Below, in pieces: positions 20,234 to 30,591 of a stretch of DNA of 63,979 nt. Position numbers and translations under genes: made by a program. The stretch's first letter is position 1; each line of letters begins with the position of its first letter. Where the stretch lies: NCBI GenBank assembly GCA_003576945.1, contig QEVC01000003.1, positions 391 to 64,369 of the forward strand, written 5' to 3'. This stretch comes from Candidatus Microgenomates bacterium (GTDB taxonomy: Bacteria > Patescibacteriota > Microgenomatia > UBA1400 > UBA12108). The notes beneath the pieces were generated by a model, which saw only the letters and a list, made by a program, of their open reading frames with translations, was not told where the DNA came from and made no database searches.

Positions 20234-20566
20234 ATGAATGACTCCTCCCATGATCCCTCAGGTTTTATGTCAGGACTCACTCTCGGTCTCATTCTTGGTG
20301 CGGCTGGCTCCCACTACCTGAATAACACCGAGCAAGGTAAAGAGGTAATGAAGAATCTCAAAGAAAAAGCTGGCGTTGCCTTAGAGTCAGTCAAAGATAA
20401 CCCAGTTCTTATGGAAAAGTTGGGTGAGCTCGAAAAGACCATGGAAGCAGCCAAAGCAACTATTAATGCAGCTGCCGAAAAAGTGGTCGAAGCTACAGAG
20501 CCCAGTTCATCAAAGTCCAAAAAGAAATCGTTCTTTCAAAAAATGGGTGTTACTCTAAAAAAGTAA
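20234..20566 (+). CDS. YtxH-domain protein
   Basis: FMSGLTLGLILGAAG...TEQGKEVMKNLKEK pattern. Confidence 0.7.
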   Translation: MNDSSHDPSGFMSGLTLGLILGAAGSHYLNNTEQGKEVMKNLKEKAGVALESVKDNPVLMEKLGELEKTMEAAKATINAAAEKVVEATEPSSSKSKKKSFFQKMGVTLKK

Positions 20567-20593
20567 TCTTTCACCTCTGCTATAATTCACTAC

Positions 20594-22414
20594 ATGAAAA
20601 GTTCAATTATTCGTGCAAAATATCTCAAATTTTTCGAAAGGCGCGGCCACGCGATTATTCCCGCTGCTCCCATCGTTCCTCTCGAGGACCCTACGACACT
20701 CTTTACCAGTAGTGGCATGCAGCCACTCGTACCTTATCTCAAAGGCCAACCTCACCCCATGGGGACAAGGTTAGTCGATAGCCAACCCAGTTTCCGTGCC
20801 GAAGATATCGAAGAGATAGGGGACAATCGACACACTTGTATGTTTGAGATGCTCGGCAACTGGAGTCTCGGGGATTATTTTAAAAAAGAACAACTCCCTT
20901 GGTTTTATGAGTTTGTAACCAAAGAAGTGGGTCTAGACCCAAATAGACTACATGTAACTTTGTTCGAAGGCGATGAGAGTGTTGGTAAAGATACCGAGTC
21001 ATACGAAATCTGGTTAAGCACAGGCATTGCCAAAGATCACATCCACTACTATCCCGCCAAAAAGAACTGGTGGAGTAGGGCAGGGGTGCCCGCCAATATG
21101 CCACCCGGTGAGATCGGTGGCCCTGACTCTGAGATGTTTTACGATTTTGGCCCTGACTTAAAATTGCACGAAAACTCTGCGTGGAAGAACGAGCCTTGTC
21201 ACGTCAATTGTGATTGTGGTCGCTATATGGAGATCGGCAACTCTGTCTTTATGCAGTTTGAGAAACAGACGGATGGAACTTTTAAACCACTCCCCAAACA
21301 AAACGTCGACTTTGGTGGCGGGTTAGAGCGCTTAACCGCCGCGAGTAATGGGGATCCTGATGTTTTTAAAATAGACATGTTCGCCCCAATTATTAGAGCG
21401 ATCGAAGAGTCATCACGAAAAAGCTACGTAGGTAACGAAGCTCCTATGCGCGTAATCGCCGACCATCTTCGTGCTGCCACTTTTATGATGAGCGAAGGCT
21501 TAGAGCCAAGCAATAAAATGCAGGGCTATGTCCTCCGTAGGCTCCTCCGCCGCGCCGCAGTCAAGGCAAGACAGCTTGGTGGTGATGCCAAAACCATCTT
21601 CAGTCAGAGTATTCCTGCCGTAATCGACAATTATGCTGAGGCAGGCTTTATTTCTGCATCCAAACGTAGTCATGTTTTAGCGACAGCCGACGCCGAACTC
21701 ACCAAGTTTGGTCGTGCCCTCGACCGTGGTCTCAAAGAAATGGACAAAGTCAAATCCGAGGATCTAAATGCCCATTTTGTCTTTGATCTCTTCCAGTCTT
21801 ACGGTTTTCCCTACGAAGTCAGCGAAGAGCTCGCCAAAAAGAAAGGTGTTGTCTTGGATAAAGTCGAGTTTGACAAAGTATTTGACGCCCACAAACAGGG
21901 GAGTCGCACCGCGAGCGCTGGCATGTTCAAAGGTGGTCTCGCCGACCACTCTGAGGTTACCACCAAGCTCCATACTGCTACTCACCTCCTCCACAAAGCC
22001 CTCCGCACCGTCCTTGGGAACGAGGTTCATCAGGCAGGTAGTAACATCACGCCTGAGCGTCTCCGTTTTGACTATACGTTTGCTGGAAAACCTACTCCAG
22101 ATCAACTCAAAGAAATAGAGAATATTGTTAACGAGGCGATTGTTGCCAACTATCCCGTAACTCGTCGCATCGAAGATAAGGCCGAGGCGATCAAGAGTGG
22201 TGCCATGGCCTTCTTTGCTGAAAAATATCCCGACAAAGTTAGCGTCTATATTATTGGGGCTAACCCCGACGAGGGCTGGTTTAGCAAAGAGCTCTGTGGT
22301 GGTCCACACGTTGAAAATACTGGGACTATTGGCAAAGTTACAATCTTCAAAGACGAATCACTTGGTAGTGGTACCCGCCGTATTTACGCCCGTCTATCCC
22401 CTAAGCTTGCCTGA
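20594..22414 (+). CDS. alaS: Alanine--tRNA ligase (no C-Ala domain)
   Basis: DPTTLFTSSGMQPL, RHTCMFEMLGNWSLGDYFK, HTATHLLH editing motif, ELCGGPHV. Confidence 0.97.
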   Translation: MKSSIIRAKYLKFFERRGHAIIPAAPIVPLEDPTTLFTSSGMQPLVPYLKGQPHPMGTRLVDSQPSFRAEDIEEIGDNRHTCMFEMLGNWSLGDYFKKEQLPWFYEFVTKEVGLDPNRLHVTLFEGDESVGKDTESYEIWLSTGIAKDHIHYYPAKKNWWSRAGVPANMPPGEIGGPDSEMFYDFGPDLKLHENSAWKNEPCHVNCDCGRYMEIGNSVFMQFEKQTDGTFKPLPKQNVDFGGGLERLTAASNGDPDVFKIDMFAPIIRAIEESSRKSYVGNEAPMRVIADHLRAATFMMSEGLEPSNKMQGYVLRRLLRRAAVKARQLGGDAKTIFSQSIPAVIDNYAEAGFISASKRSHVLATADAELTKFGRALDRGLKEMDKVKSEDLNAHFVFDLFQSYGFPYEVSEELAKKKGVVLDKVEFDKVFDAHKQGSRTASAGMFKGGLADHSEVTTKLHTATHLLHKALRTVLGNEVHQAGSNITPERLRFDYTFAGKPTPDQLKEIENIVNEAIVANYPVTRRIEDKAEAIKSGAMAFFAEKYPDKVSVYIIGANPDEGWFSKELCGGPHVENTGTIGKVTIFKDESLGSGTRRIYARLSPKLA

Positions 22415-22450
22415 TTGTCCACGTTTTACTGATAACTGTATACTATAGTT

Positions 22451-24736
22451 ATGACTGTCCCAAATTTTTTGGATAAACTGACGGGGAAAAAAGATGCGGT
22501 CGAAAAAACCTTCCTCGCGCTCGTCCTCTCCGACCACCGTGTCCAGGCCGCAGTCTGGAAAGTAGTCGGTACGCAGACCGAAATCGTTTCGCTAGGCACG
22601 CCTGTCGAGTGGGACGGCGATGTGGCTACCACCAACGAGTTAATCCAAGCCGTCGACGCCACAATCAGTAGTGCCACCGAAGGGTTTGATCTTGAGCCTG
22701 ATGAAATAGTGCTTGGTCTCGCTAACGCTTGGGTAGATAGTAACGGGATTAAACAATCCAAAAAAGATCTGATCAAAAGCATCTGCCGCGAACTCTCCCT
22801 CAAACCCATTGGTTATGTGGTGATTGCCGACACGATTGTTAAATACCTCAAAATGCAAGAAGGGACTCCTCCCACCTCTATTCTTATCCAAGTCGATCGG
22901 CGGAGTGTTACTCTCTCACTAGTCGAGCTTGGTGGTATTAAATACACTGTCAGTGTTGGTAGTAGCGATGATATCAGTAGTGATGTTGCCGAAGCCCTCT
23001 CCAACCTCCCTCCCGACGCATCCCTTCCCTCACGTTTTATTTTAGTCTCGGCCATGGAAAATACTTCTGACCTAGTTCAGGCTTTAACCGCCTTTGACTG
23101 GCAAAAATCCTTCTCCTTTCTCCATACCCCCAAGATCGAGGCCCTCCCCAAGGACGTTGAGTTGCATGCCACCGCCGTTGCAGGATGTAGTGAAGTTGCT
23201 GCCTCACGCGGTTTTAGTCTTGAGTCAAATGACCAAGGACCCACTGTCGAAAGCTCAAGAGCCACAAAACACCAACAGGTAAAAGAGGAAAATCCTACTG
23301 CTGCTGATTTTGGATTTCATCCATCTTCCGCAAAGGAGCTAAGCGAGACTTTAAAGACATCTCATAGCACCAGTGTCGCAAATGATCACCTTGATGATGC
23401 CCCACCAGATAATGAAGAAGATCTGAATGGTAGCTTAGATGACACTGCTGATTTAGGTGATCAAGACGAGCAAGAAAACCTGATCCAAGACAAAAAAAGA
23501 TCACCACTTAAGTTTAATCTGCCCACTCTTCCAACAATCAGGCTAAACCTAAAACCCCAGCTCCCGCATATGCCCAAATTCTCGTTAGGTGGTAGTAATC
23601 GGATCATTTACGTCTTGATTGCGCTAGTTCTCGTTACAGTCTCAGCTTTTGCAGCTTATTACTATATCCCGCAAGCTTCTGTGAGCATTACTTTTCAGGC
23701 CAAACCGATTACCGAGTCAATTAACATTACCCTAAAAGATGGTGCAACCGCAGTCGATCCAGACACTTCAATTATTCCGGCCACCTACACCACCAAAGAG
23801 ATAACTGGACAAGATGAAGTGGCAGTTACTGGCACCAAAACTGTTGGCGATCCATCCGTGGGCGAGGTAACTATTTATAATCGGACATCACTCCCCAAAA
23901 CCCTTTTAAAGGGTACTGCCTTAAGTGCCAACTCTCTCAAGTTTACTCTTGACTCAGATGTGACCATAGCGAGTAAATCAGCTGGTGCTGACTACGTCGA
24001 TGTACCAGGCAAAGCTAATGTCAAAATCACTGCTTCTGCCTTCGGCTCTGCGGGCAATCTTAAATCAGGAACTGAGTTTACTATTGCCAGTTTCACCAAG
24101 GATAGTTTTGTTGCCAAAAATGACGCTGCCTTATCTGGTGGAACTTCGCAAGAAGTAACCGTTGTTTCCGAGTCTGACAAAGCCGCATTGCTCAAATCCT
24201 TAAAAACAAAACTGAGCGCCGAACTAAAAAATTCTTTGCTGCCCGACCAAAGCTCCGGTGAGAACTTTTATGTACTCGAAGACGATATCAAAATCATTGA
24301 AGAAAAATACAGCAGTAAAGTTGGAGACCCCGCAACCAACCTTTCTGCTGATGTTACTCTCAGTATGGGCCTCCTTACCTATAATCAAAACGACATTCAA
24401 CAACTTGTCAAAAATACGATTGAAACAAGCGTTCCCTCTGGGTATATGCGTACAGAAATCCCCCCGTCCGTCACTCTTCGTGACACTAAAACACTCGAAG
24501 GTGGCGACGTAGCTGCTGCAGCCGATGTTACTCTCTATGTCGTTCCCACACTCGAGACTTCAGAGATCATCGAAGCCATTAAGGGAAAAAAATATATTGA
24601 AGCCTCAACCTTTCTCTCTAGCATACCATCAGTCGTAGGTTCGCAAATTACGCTTTCCCCAAATCTTCCTTCACGTCTCTCCTCTCTTCCCCATAACGCA
24701 GATCGTATTACAGTTAAAATCATGACCACAAAATAA
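22451..24736 (+). CDS. FtsA-like (actin-fold) N-domain, disordered linker, TM, large beta-rich ectodomain (resembles CPR proteins annotated as baseplate J-like)
   Basis: N-terminal pattern FLALVLSDHRVQAAVW / ILIQVDRRSVTLS, acidic linker, TM IIYVLIALVLVTVSAFAAYYYI, ectodomain GEVTIYN...FTLDSDVTI...NDAALSGG. Confidence 0.55.
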   Translation: MTVPNFLDKLTGKKDAVEKTFLALVLSDHRVQAAVWKVVGTQTEIVSLGTPVEWDGDVATTNELIQAVDATISSATEGFDLEPDEIVLGLANAWVDSNGIKQSKKDLIKSICRELSLKPIGYVVIADTIVKYLKMQEGTPPTSILIQVDRRSVTLSLVELGGIKYTVSVGSSDDISSDVAEALSNLPPDASLPSRFILVSAMENTSDLVQALTAFDWQKSFSFLHTPKIEALPKDVELHATAVAGCSEVAASRGFSLESNDQGPTVESSRATKHQQVKEENPTAADFGFHPSSAKELSETLKTSHSTSVANDHLDDAPPDNEEDLNGSLDDTADLGDQDEQENLIQDKKRSPLKFNLPTLPTIRLNLKPQLPHMPKFSLGGSNRIIYVLIALVLVTVSAFAAYYYIPQASVSITFQAKPITESINITLKDGATAVDPDTSIIPATYTTKEITGQDEVAVTGTKTVGDPSVGEVTIYNRTSLPKTLLKGTALSANSLKFTLDSDVTIASKSAGADYVDVPGKANVKITASAFGSAGNLKSGTEFTIASFTKDSFVAKNDAALSGGTSQEVTVVSESDKAALLKSLKTKLSAELKNSLLPDQSSGENFYVLEDDIKIIEEKYSSKVGDPATNLSADVTLSMGLLTYNQNDIQQLVKNTIETSVPSGYMRTEIPPSVTLRDTKTLEGGDVAAAADVTLYVVPTLETSEIIEAIKGKKYIEASTFLSSIPSVVGSQITLSPNLPSRLSSLPHNADRITVKIMTTK

Positions 24737-24740
24737 CTCT

Positions 24741-25490
24741 ATGTACGCCTACGTCAAAGCCCCACCCGGCCACACTCTCCGGCATAAATCAAAAGTGCGC
24801 GAAGCAAGTCGCCTTATTCTTTCGTCAATTCTTCTAACCCTCGGCTTTACCGCCGTCACCACTGTAGTCTATCCTTTTATCGCCTATGAGCGGGTATATG
24901 CCCCCAAGTTTGCGACCAGTCCAACCGTGCTCGGCACCACAGACCCAGCTGCCCTTATCCCCGAAGCTCAGATTGCACCCACCGACACTGCACCAAGCAT
25001 AGTCCCTGAAGTCGTAAACACTGCACTAGACTACACTAATGCTGACGTTTGGTATGGGCACACCAGTGGTAATAGTTTTGATCACTTAGTCTACTCGCTA
25101 TCAATTCCCAAGTTGCGGATTAATAACGCGGTAGTCAGGGACGATCATACTGATCTTAAGGAGTCGCTAATTCACTACCCCGGAACTGCTCAACCAGGAG
25201 ATCTGGGCAACGGCGTTATTTTTGGCCACTCTGTCCTCCCGCAATTTTTTAGTCCCAACAACTACCTCACTATTTTCTCAACGCTCCACACCCTCGATGT
25301 CGGGGACGATATTACCATCAAATCAGGTCCCGCCACTTATACTTATCGCATTACTCAAATGTATGTAACCACACCCGAAGATCTAAACCCCCTCGCGCAG
25401 TCCTATGGTAGTCGCAACCTAACCCTCATTACCTGTACTCCACCCGGTACCTATCTTAAGCGCTTAATTATTAAGGCAGAACTCATATGA
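24741..25490 (+). CDS. Sortase
   Basis: LSIPKL, HYPGTAQPGDLGNGVIFGHS (His), LTLITCTPPG (Cys), KRLIIKAEL (Arg); N-terminal TM. Confidence 0.92.
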   Translation: MYAYVKAPPGHTLRHKSKVREASRLILSSILLTLGFTAVTTVVYPFIAYERVYAPKFATSPTVLGTTDPAALIPEAQIAPTDTAPSIVPEVVNTALDYTNADVWYGHTSGNSFDHLVYSLSIPKLRINNAVVRDDHTDLKESLIHYPGTAQPGDLGNGVIFGHSVLPQFFSPNNYLTIFSTLHTLDVGDDITIKSGPATYTYRITQMYVTTPEDLNPLAQSYGSRNLTLITCTPPGTYLKRLIIKAELI

Positions 25491-25873
25491 CCAACATCTA
25501 CCTCGGGATCGACTACGGGATCGTTCATGTAGGGGTAGCGCTTGCCGAGCACATGCTTGCAACTCCACTCCCCACACTGGTAAACGATCAATCACTACTG
25601 ACAAAACTCAAGGCAATTATCGCCACCTACCAGATCACCCACCTTGTGGTTGGCTTGCCTTCGGGCAAATTAGTCCCAGAAATCAAAGCGTTTGCGGGCA
25701 ATCTCAATAAGGCAACCAACCTCCCAGTTATCCTTCACGACGAAACACTCTCAAGTCAGGATGCAACTAGTAAGCTAGTAGAAGCAGGCGCCAGTCGTAG
25801 CAAGAAAAAGAGTGAACACAGCTACTCCGCCGCCTTAATTTTGGAGGATTACCTCGATTCTGTTAAACTGTAA
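25487..25873 (+). CDS. yqgF: YqgF/RuvX family nuclease
   Basis: YLGIDYG, LVVGLP, DETLSS, SAALILEDYL. Confidence 0.92.
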   Translation: MTNIYLGIDYGIVHVGVALAEHMLATPLPTLVNDQSLLTKLKAIIATYQITHLVVGLPSGKLVPEIKAFAGNLNKATNLPVILHDETLSSQDATSKLVEAGASRSKKKSEHSYSAALILEDYLDSVKL

Positions 25874-25877
25874 TAAT

Positions 25878-26078
25878 ATGTTTAAAAAACTAATAACCCC
25901 GATTCAATTATGGCTACTCTCGAGAGGGCAATGTGTCGGTTGTGGTATGCCACTAGCTAAGGCTAATTCAGTCAAACACAGCGAGAGTACCAACAAAATT
26001 ACTTGTTCATGTGGACGGATTTTTATCTATGACACACAAAAAAGGTCGTACCGCCGCGCTCTCTTTAGCGAGATTTAG
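25878..26078 (+). CDS. Small zinc-ribbon protein
   Basis: CVGC and CSC pairs in 66 aa; TAAACT 8 nt before the ATG. Confidence 0.65.
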   Translation: MFKKLITPIQLWLLSRGQCVGCGMPLAKANSVKHSESTNKITCSCGRIFIYDTQKRSYRRALFSEI

Positions 26079-26976
26079 TTTAGTTGTCCTCGCCCTCCTC
26101 ACAGTCTTTGGGATCGCTACCTGGCAATACCTCCTCACACCACCCAAAGACGGGAGTCAGGTCACTCTCACCATTCCGCCTGGCAGTAGTGTGCTCAAGA
26201 TCGGTCAGATCCTCTATGCTAATAATTTGATCCACTCTCCCAGGCTTTTCCAACTCTATATCCGTCTCAACAACATCTCACTCCAAGCAGGGGATTATAG
26301 TCTCAGTCCCGCGAAGCTCCCCTTAATTGCCCAGTCCCTAACCCAGGGCAAGGAGAACGAGATAAGAATTACTATTCCAGAGGGTTATCGTCGTGAACAA
26401 ATCGCCGAACTCTTAGCACAAAAACTAGGGCTTAACAGAGCAGACTTTATGAGCACTACTACCGAACTCGAGGGCTATCTTTTTCCCGACACCTATAACT
26501 TTAGCGAGGGATCAACTGTTGCTGACGTTGTAAACCGATTAGAGTCCAACTTCGAAGTTAAAGCGCGCGAGCTCAACCTGAGTAGGGAAGATGTCATCTT
26601 AGCCTCAATTGTTGAGCGCGAAGCCCTCTCGATCGCCGAAAAACCCATCATTGCCGGGATTTTGCAAAACAGACTAAGAGATGGGTGGGCGCTCGAAGTC
26701 GACGCCACCATTCAATATATTATGGGCAAACCTGGTGACTGGTGGCCCACACCACTGCTTGGAGACCGCAACCGTAAATCTGCCTACAATACCTACTTAA
26801 ATCGTGGTTTGCCCCCAGGTCCTATTGGCAATCCAGGCCTAGTTTCTCTTAGCGCTGTCAAAAACTCCGAAAAAACCGATTATTATTTTTATCTTCACGA
26901 TAAATCTGGCGTTATCCACTACGCCAAAACCAACGCGGAACACGAACAAAATATTGCACGCTATATTTCCAAATAA
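26029..26976 (+). CDS. mltG: Endolytic transglycosylase MltG
   Basis: ITIPEGY, LEGYLFPDTYNF, LASIVERE, YNTYLNRGLPPGPIGNPG, YYFYLHD. Confidence 0.95.
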   Translation: MTHKKGRTAALSLARFSLVVLALLTVFGIATWQYLLTPPKDGSQVTLTIPPGSSVLKIGQILYANNLIHSPRLFQLYIRLNNISLQAGDYSLSPAKLPLIAQSLTQGKENEIRITIPEGYRREQIAELLAQKLGLNRADFMSTTTELEGYLFPDTYNFSEGSTVADVVNRLESNFEVKARELNLSREDVILASIVEREALSIAEKPIIAGILQNRLRDGWALEVDATIQYIMGKPGDWWPTPLLGDRNRKSAYNTYLNRGLPPGPIGNPGLVSLSAVKNSEKTDYYFYLHDKSGVIHYAKTNAEHEQNIARYISK

Positions 26977-26994
26977 ACAGCACCAAGTTGAGTC

Positions 26995-27023
26995 TTGACA
27001 GCCATATATAAACCTGCTTTAAT
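26995..27023 (+). promoter_or_regulatory. Sigma70-type promoter for rpoBC
   Basis: TTGACA (26995-27000), 17-nt spacer, TTTAAT (27018-27023). Confidence 0.5.
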
Positions 27024-27126
27024 ACCCAAGCACGTGAAAGCGGAGCTTTTTTGGGCGTACGAGGGGACCCACCTCTAGTGCGCTTTTTTAATTCGGTAAA
27101 TCTTAGTTAAAAATAAGGAAAAACGT

Positions 27127-30100
27127 ATGACAAAAAACGCTCGTCAGTACTGGGGTAAACAAAATATCAAACTCCCCCCACTTGATTTAACTGGCGTAGC
27201 AAGAGAGTCATACGACGCATTTCTCAAAAGAGACATTAGTAAATACCTCCGCGAAATCTCTCCCATTGACGACTTTACGGGTAAGACTTGGGAACTCTCT
27301 TTCCTTTCCCACTACTTCGAAGAACCAAAAGTAACTCCACAAGAGGCAGTTGCCAAGGGTCTTACCTATGACATGCCGCTCCGCGTCAAAGTCCGCCTCA
27401 TCAATAAAATAACTAGCGACGAAATAGAGCAAGATGTTTTCTTGGGTGATATTCCCAAGATGACCGAGCGCGGTACCTTTATCATCTCCGGTATCGAGCG
27501 CGCCGTTGTTAACCAGCTCGTTCGCTCGCCTGGCGTTTTCTTTGCTGGCAACATCGATCCCACCACCGGCCGCCTTCTCTTTACTGCCGAACTCCGTCCT
27601 ATGCGCGGCTCTTGGCTCGAACTAACTGTCGGCAAAAACGACGTAATTACCGGCAAGATCGATCGTCATCGCAAATTCTACGCAACCACCTTGCTTCGTG
27701 CCCTCGGTATTGAGGACGAAGAAGAAATCAAAGAGCTCTTCAAAGAAGTCGACGGTAATAGCGATCACCAATATATCTTCGCCACTCTCGCCAAAGACCC
27801 CAACAAAACTCAGGCCGAAGCCCTCCTTGACCTTTACGACAAAGTCAGGCCAGGCGAACCAGCCGTCCTCGAAAATGCTAAGACTCTCTTCTTCCAGAGC
27901 TTCTTTGACCCACGCCGCTACGATTTAGAGAGCGTCGGTCGCTACAAACTCAACAAAAAACTAGGGTTAGACATCAAAAATACTGCCGACAACCAAGTTC
28001 TCCAAAAAGCCGACATTATCGGCATGATTAAGTACTTGATTGGTTTACAAAACGGCGTTGGCGTTGTTGATGATATCGACAACTTAAGTAACCGTCGTGT
28101 CCGTCGCGTCGGTGAGCTCCTGGGCGCAACTGCCTTTAGAATCGGTCTTTTAAGACTCGAGCGCAGTATTAAAGAAAAGATGTCTTTGGTTAAACCCGAA
28201 GAGAGCGTAACACCCGTCCAACTCATCAATGCTCGTCCCGTCATCGCAACCATTAGCGAGTTCTTCCGTCGTAACCGCCTCTCTACTATCCTCGACCAAA
28301 CCAACCCACTTGCCGAGATCGACAACCTTCGTCGTCTCTCTGTCATGGGTACTGGCGGTGTCACACGTGAGCGCGCGAGCTTTAGTATGCGCGACATCAA
28401 TGCCAGTCAATATGGTCGTATCTGTCCCGTCCGCTCCCCCGAAGGTCCTAACATTGGTCTCGTTACTTATCTTTCCCTCTATGCTCGAGTCAATGAGTTT
28501 GGTTTCCTCGAAAGTCCTTATCGCAAGGTCGAGGCTATTAAGAAGGGTGGTAAGACCGTAATGCACGTCAGTGACGAGATCGTCTATCTCTCACCCGACG
28601 ATGAGTCTGGATACTACATTACTCACGCCGGTATAAACGTTAATGAGAAGAATGAAATTACTGATTCTTGGGTGCCAGCTCGCTACCTTGGCAACTTCGT
28701 CGAAGTCCCAGTCGAAAACGTTCAGTTTATCGACGTTATTCCACGTCAAGTTGTCGGTACCTCTGCTTCACTTATTCCTTTTATCGCGCATGACGAAGCC
28801 AACCGTGCGCTCATGGGTACCCACATGCAATGTCAGGCAGTACCATTAGTTCGTCCTGACTCACCCATTGTCGGAACCGGTATGGAGGGCGCAGTTGCAG
28901 AGAGTATGAACTGGGCTGTTCGTTCTCGCCATAGTGGCGTTGTCAGTTTTGTTGATGCTACCCAGATCGTCCTCGACGTAAGTAAGGCTGACTTTGATAA
29001 GGCTAAAAAAGACCTCGAAGCAAGTAGTAGTATCGTCTACTCCCTCGAAAAGGGTAAGGTTGTCTACCACCTTAGCAAGTTTGGTCGTACTGCCAACTCA
29101 ACTTGTTACAACCAAAAACCAGTCGTCAAAGCTGGCGACAAAGTTAAGGTTGGTGATCTTTTGATCGATGGCCCGGCCAGTGATGGTGGAGAGCTAGCGC
29201 TCGGTAAAAACCTAACGATTGCTTATGCCTCCTTCATGGGTCTCGGTTACGAAGACGCTATCATCGTCTCCGATCGTCTTGTCAAAGAGGACGTTCTAAC
29301 CAGTATTCACATTAACGAATACGAGAGCCAGGTCATGGACACCAAGCTCGGTGCCGAAGAATTGACTAGGGATATTCCGAATGTTAGCGAACACGATCTC
29401 AGAAATCTCAGTGAAGATGGCATCGTCGTCGTCGGAGCCGAAGTCGGTCCCAACGATATCTTAGTGGGCAAAATTGCTCCTAAAGGTGAGACCGAGCTAA
29501 CCGCTGAAGAGCGCTTACTTCGTGCCATCTTTGGTGAAAAAGCCAGAGAAGTAAGAGATACCTCTCTTCGCATGAGTAATGGTGAGAGCGGTACCGTGAT
29601 TGATGTCAGCATCCTCGACAAGAGTGAGGGAGATGAGCTAGATCCCGGCGTCCTTAAAGTTGTCAAGATTAAAGTTGCGCAGATAAGAAAAGTCACGGTC
29701 GGAGACAAGTTGGCCGGGCGTCATGGTAACAAGGGCGTCATTAGTCGCATCATTCCTGTTGCCGACATGCCCTACCTTGCCGATGGTACTCCCGTAGATA
29801 TTATTATCTCGCCACTCTCCGTCCTCGCTCGTATGAACCTCGGTCAGCTTTTGGAAGCCCACCTCGGTTGGGCTGCCCAAAAGCTAGGGTACAAGGTCGC
29901 ACTCCCAGTCTTTGAGCCAATCAAAGAATCTGTTATAGAAGATGAACTTAAGAAAGCTGGTTTACCAGTTTCCGGTAAAGTCACCCTCTACGACGGCCGT
30001 ACAGGTCTTCCCTTTGACAAAGAGACTACCGTTGGTGTCGGCTATATCCTCAAGCTTATTCACATGGTTGAGGACAAAACCCATGCCAGAAGTACTGGTC

Positions 30101-30591
30101 CATACTCTCTAGTAACTCAACAACCCCTTGGTGGTAAAGCCCAGATGGGTGGACAGCGCTTGGGAGAAATGGAGGTCTGGGCACTCGAAAGTCACCGCGC
30201 CGCGCACGTTCTTCAAGAAATGTTGACGATCAAATCCGACGATTTGGTTGGTCGCGCTAAGGCTTTCGAAGCGATTGTTAAGGGTGTCGATATTCCCGAG
30301 AGTACCGTCCCCGAATCCTTCAAAGTCCTCTTAAAAGAACTAAACTCCCTAGGATTAAACGTCGTTCCAGTCGAACCCAAGGAAGTAATCGTTGAAGAAG
30401 TCGACGCCGCAGAAATCGAAAAAGATAAAGTTATCCTCGCTGATGATGATGATGCAGCAATCACTGATGATTCAGTCGCCGCGCTAGGTGATGATGACTC
30501 AGACGACACTACTGCTCCCGCCTCAGATGACGATGACCTTGACGATCTCGAAGGTCCATCAGATGAAGAATTAAAGGAGAGTGAATTATGA
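27127..30591 (+). CDS. rpoB: RNA polymerase beta subunit
   Basis: RICPVRSPEGPNIGL, GDKLAGRHGNKG, GGQRLGEMEVWALE. Confidence 0.99.
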   Translation: MTKNARQYWGKQNIKLPPLDLTGVARESYDAFLKRDISKYLREISPIDDFTGKTWELSFLSHYFEEPKVTPQEAVAKGLTYDMPLRVKVRLINKITSDEIEQDVFLGDIPKMTERGTFIISGIERAVVNQLVRSPGVFFAGNIDPTTGRLLFTAELRPMRGSWLELTVGKNDVITGKIDRHRKFYATTLLRALGIEDEEEIKELFKEVDGNSDHQYIFATLAKDPNKTQAEALLDLYDKVRPGEPAVLENAKTLFFQSFFDPRRYDLESVGRYKLNKKLGLDIKNTADNQVLQKADIIGMIKYLIGLQNGVGVVDDIDNLSNRRVRRVGELLGATAFRIGLLRLERSIKEKMSLVKPEESVTPVQLINARPVIATISEFFRRNRLSTILDQTNPLAEIDNLRRLSVMGTGGVTRERASFSMRDINASQYGRICPVRSPEGPNIGLVTYLSLYARVNEFGFLESPYRKVEAIKKGGKTVMHVSDEIVYLSPDDESGYYITHAGINVNEKNEITDSWVPARYLGNFVEVPVENVQFIDVIPRQVVGTSASLIPFIAHDEANRALMGTHMQCQAVPLVRPDSPIVGTGMEGAVAESMNWAVRSRHSGVVSFVDATQIVLDVSKADFDKAKKDLEASSSIVYSLEKGKVVYHLSKFGRTANSTCYNQKPVVKAGDKVKVGDLLIDGPASDGGELALGKNLTIAYASFMGLGYEDAIIVSDRLVKEDVLTSIHINEYESQVMDTKLGAEELTRDIPNVSEHDLRNLSEDGIVVVGAEVGPNDILVGKIAPKGETELTAEERLLRAIFGEKAREVRDTSLRMSNGESGTVIDVSILDKSEGDELDPGVLKVVKIKVAQIRKVTVGDKLAGRHGNKGVISRIIPVADMPYLADGTPVDIIISPLSVLARMNLGQLLEAHLGWAAQKLGYKVALPVFEPIKESVIEDELKKAGLPVSGKVTLYDGRTGLPFDKETTVGVGYILKLIHMVEDKTHARSTGPYSLVTQQPLGGKAQMGGQRLGEMEVWALESHRAAHVLQEMLTIKSDDLVGRAKAFEAIVKGVDIPESTVPESFKVLLKELNSLGLNVVPVEPKEVIVEEVDAAEIEKDKVILADDDDAAITDDSVAALGDDDSDDTTAPASDDDDLDDLEGPSDEELKESEL

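Noticed and set aside
20594-22414. AlaRS lacking the C-Ala domain; IF2 lacking its N-terminal domain
   Set aside because: Consistent with general streamlining in reduced genomes; not a distinct signal.
27030-27095. Hairpins in the rpoB leader (AAAGC-GGA-GCTTT; GCGTAC-GAGG...CCTC-TAGTGCGC)
   Set aside because: Plausible leader structure, but I could not match it to any known motif or show covariation.
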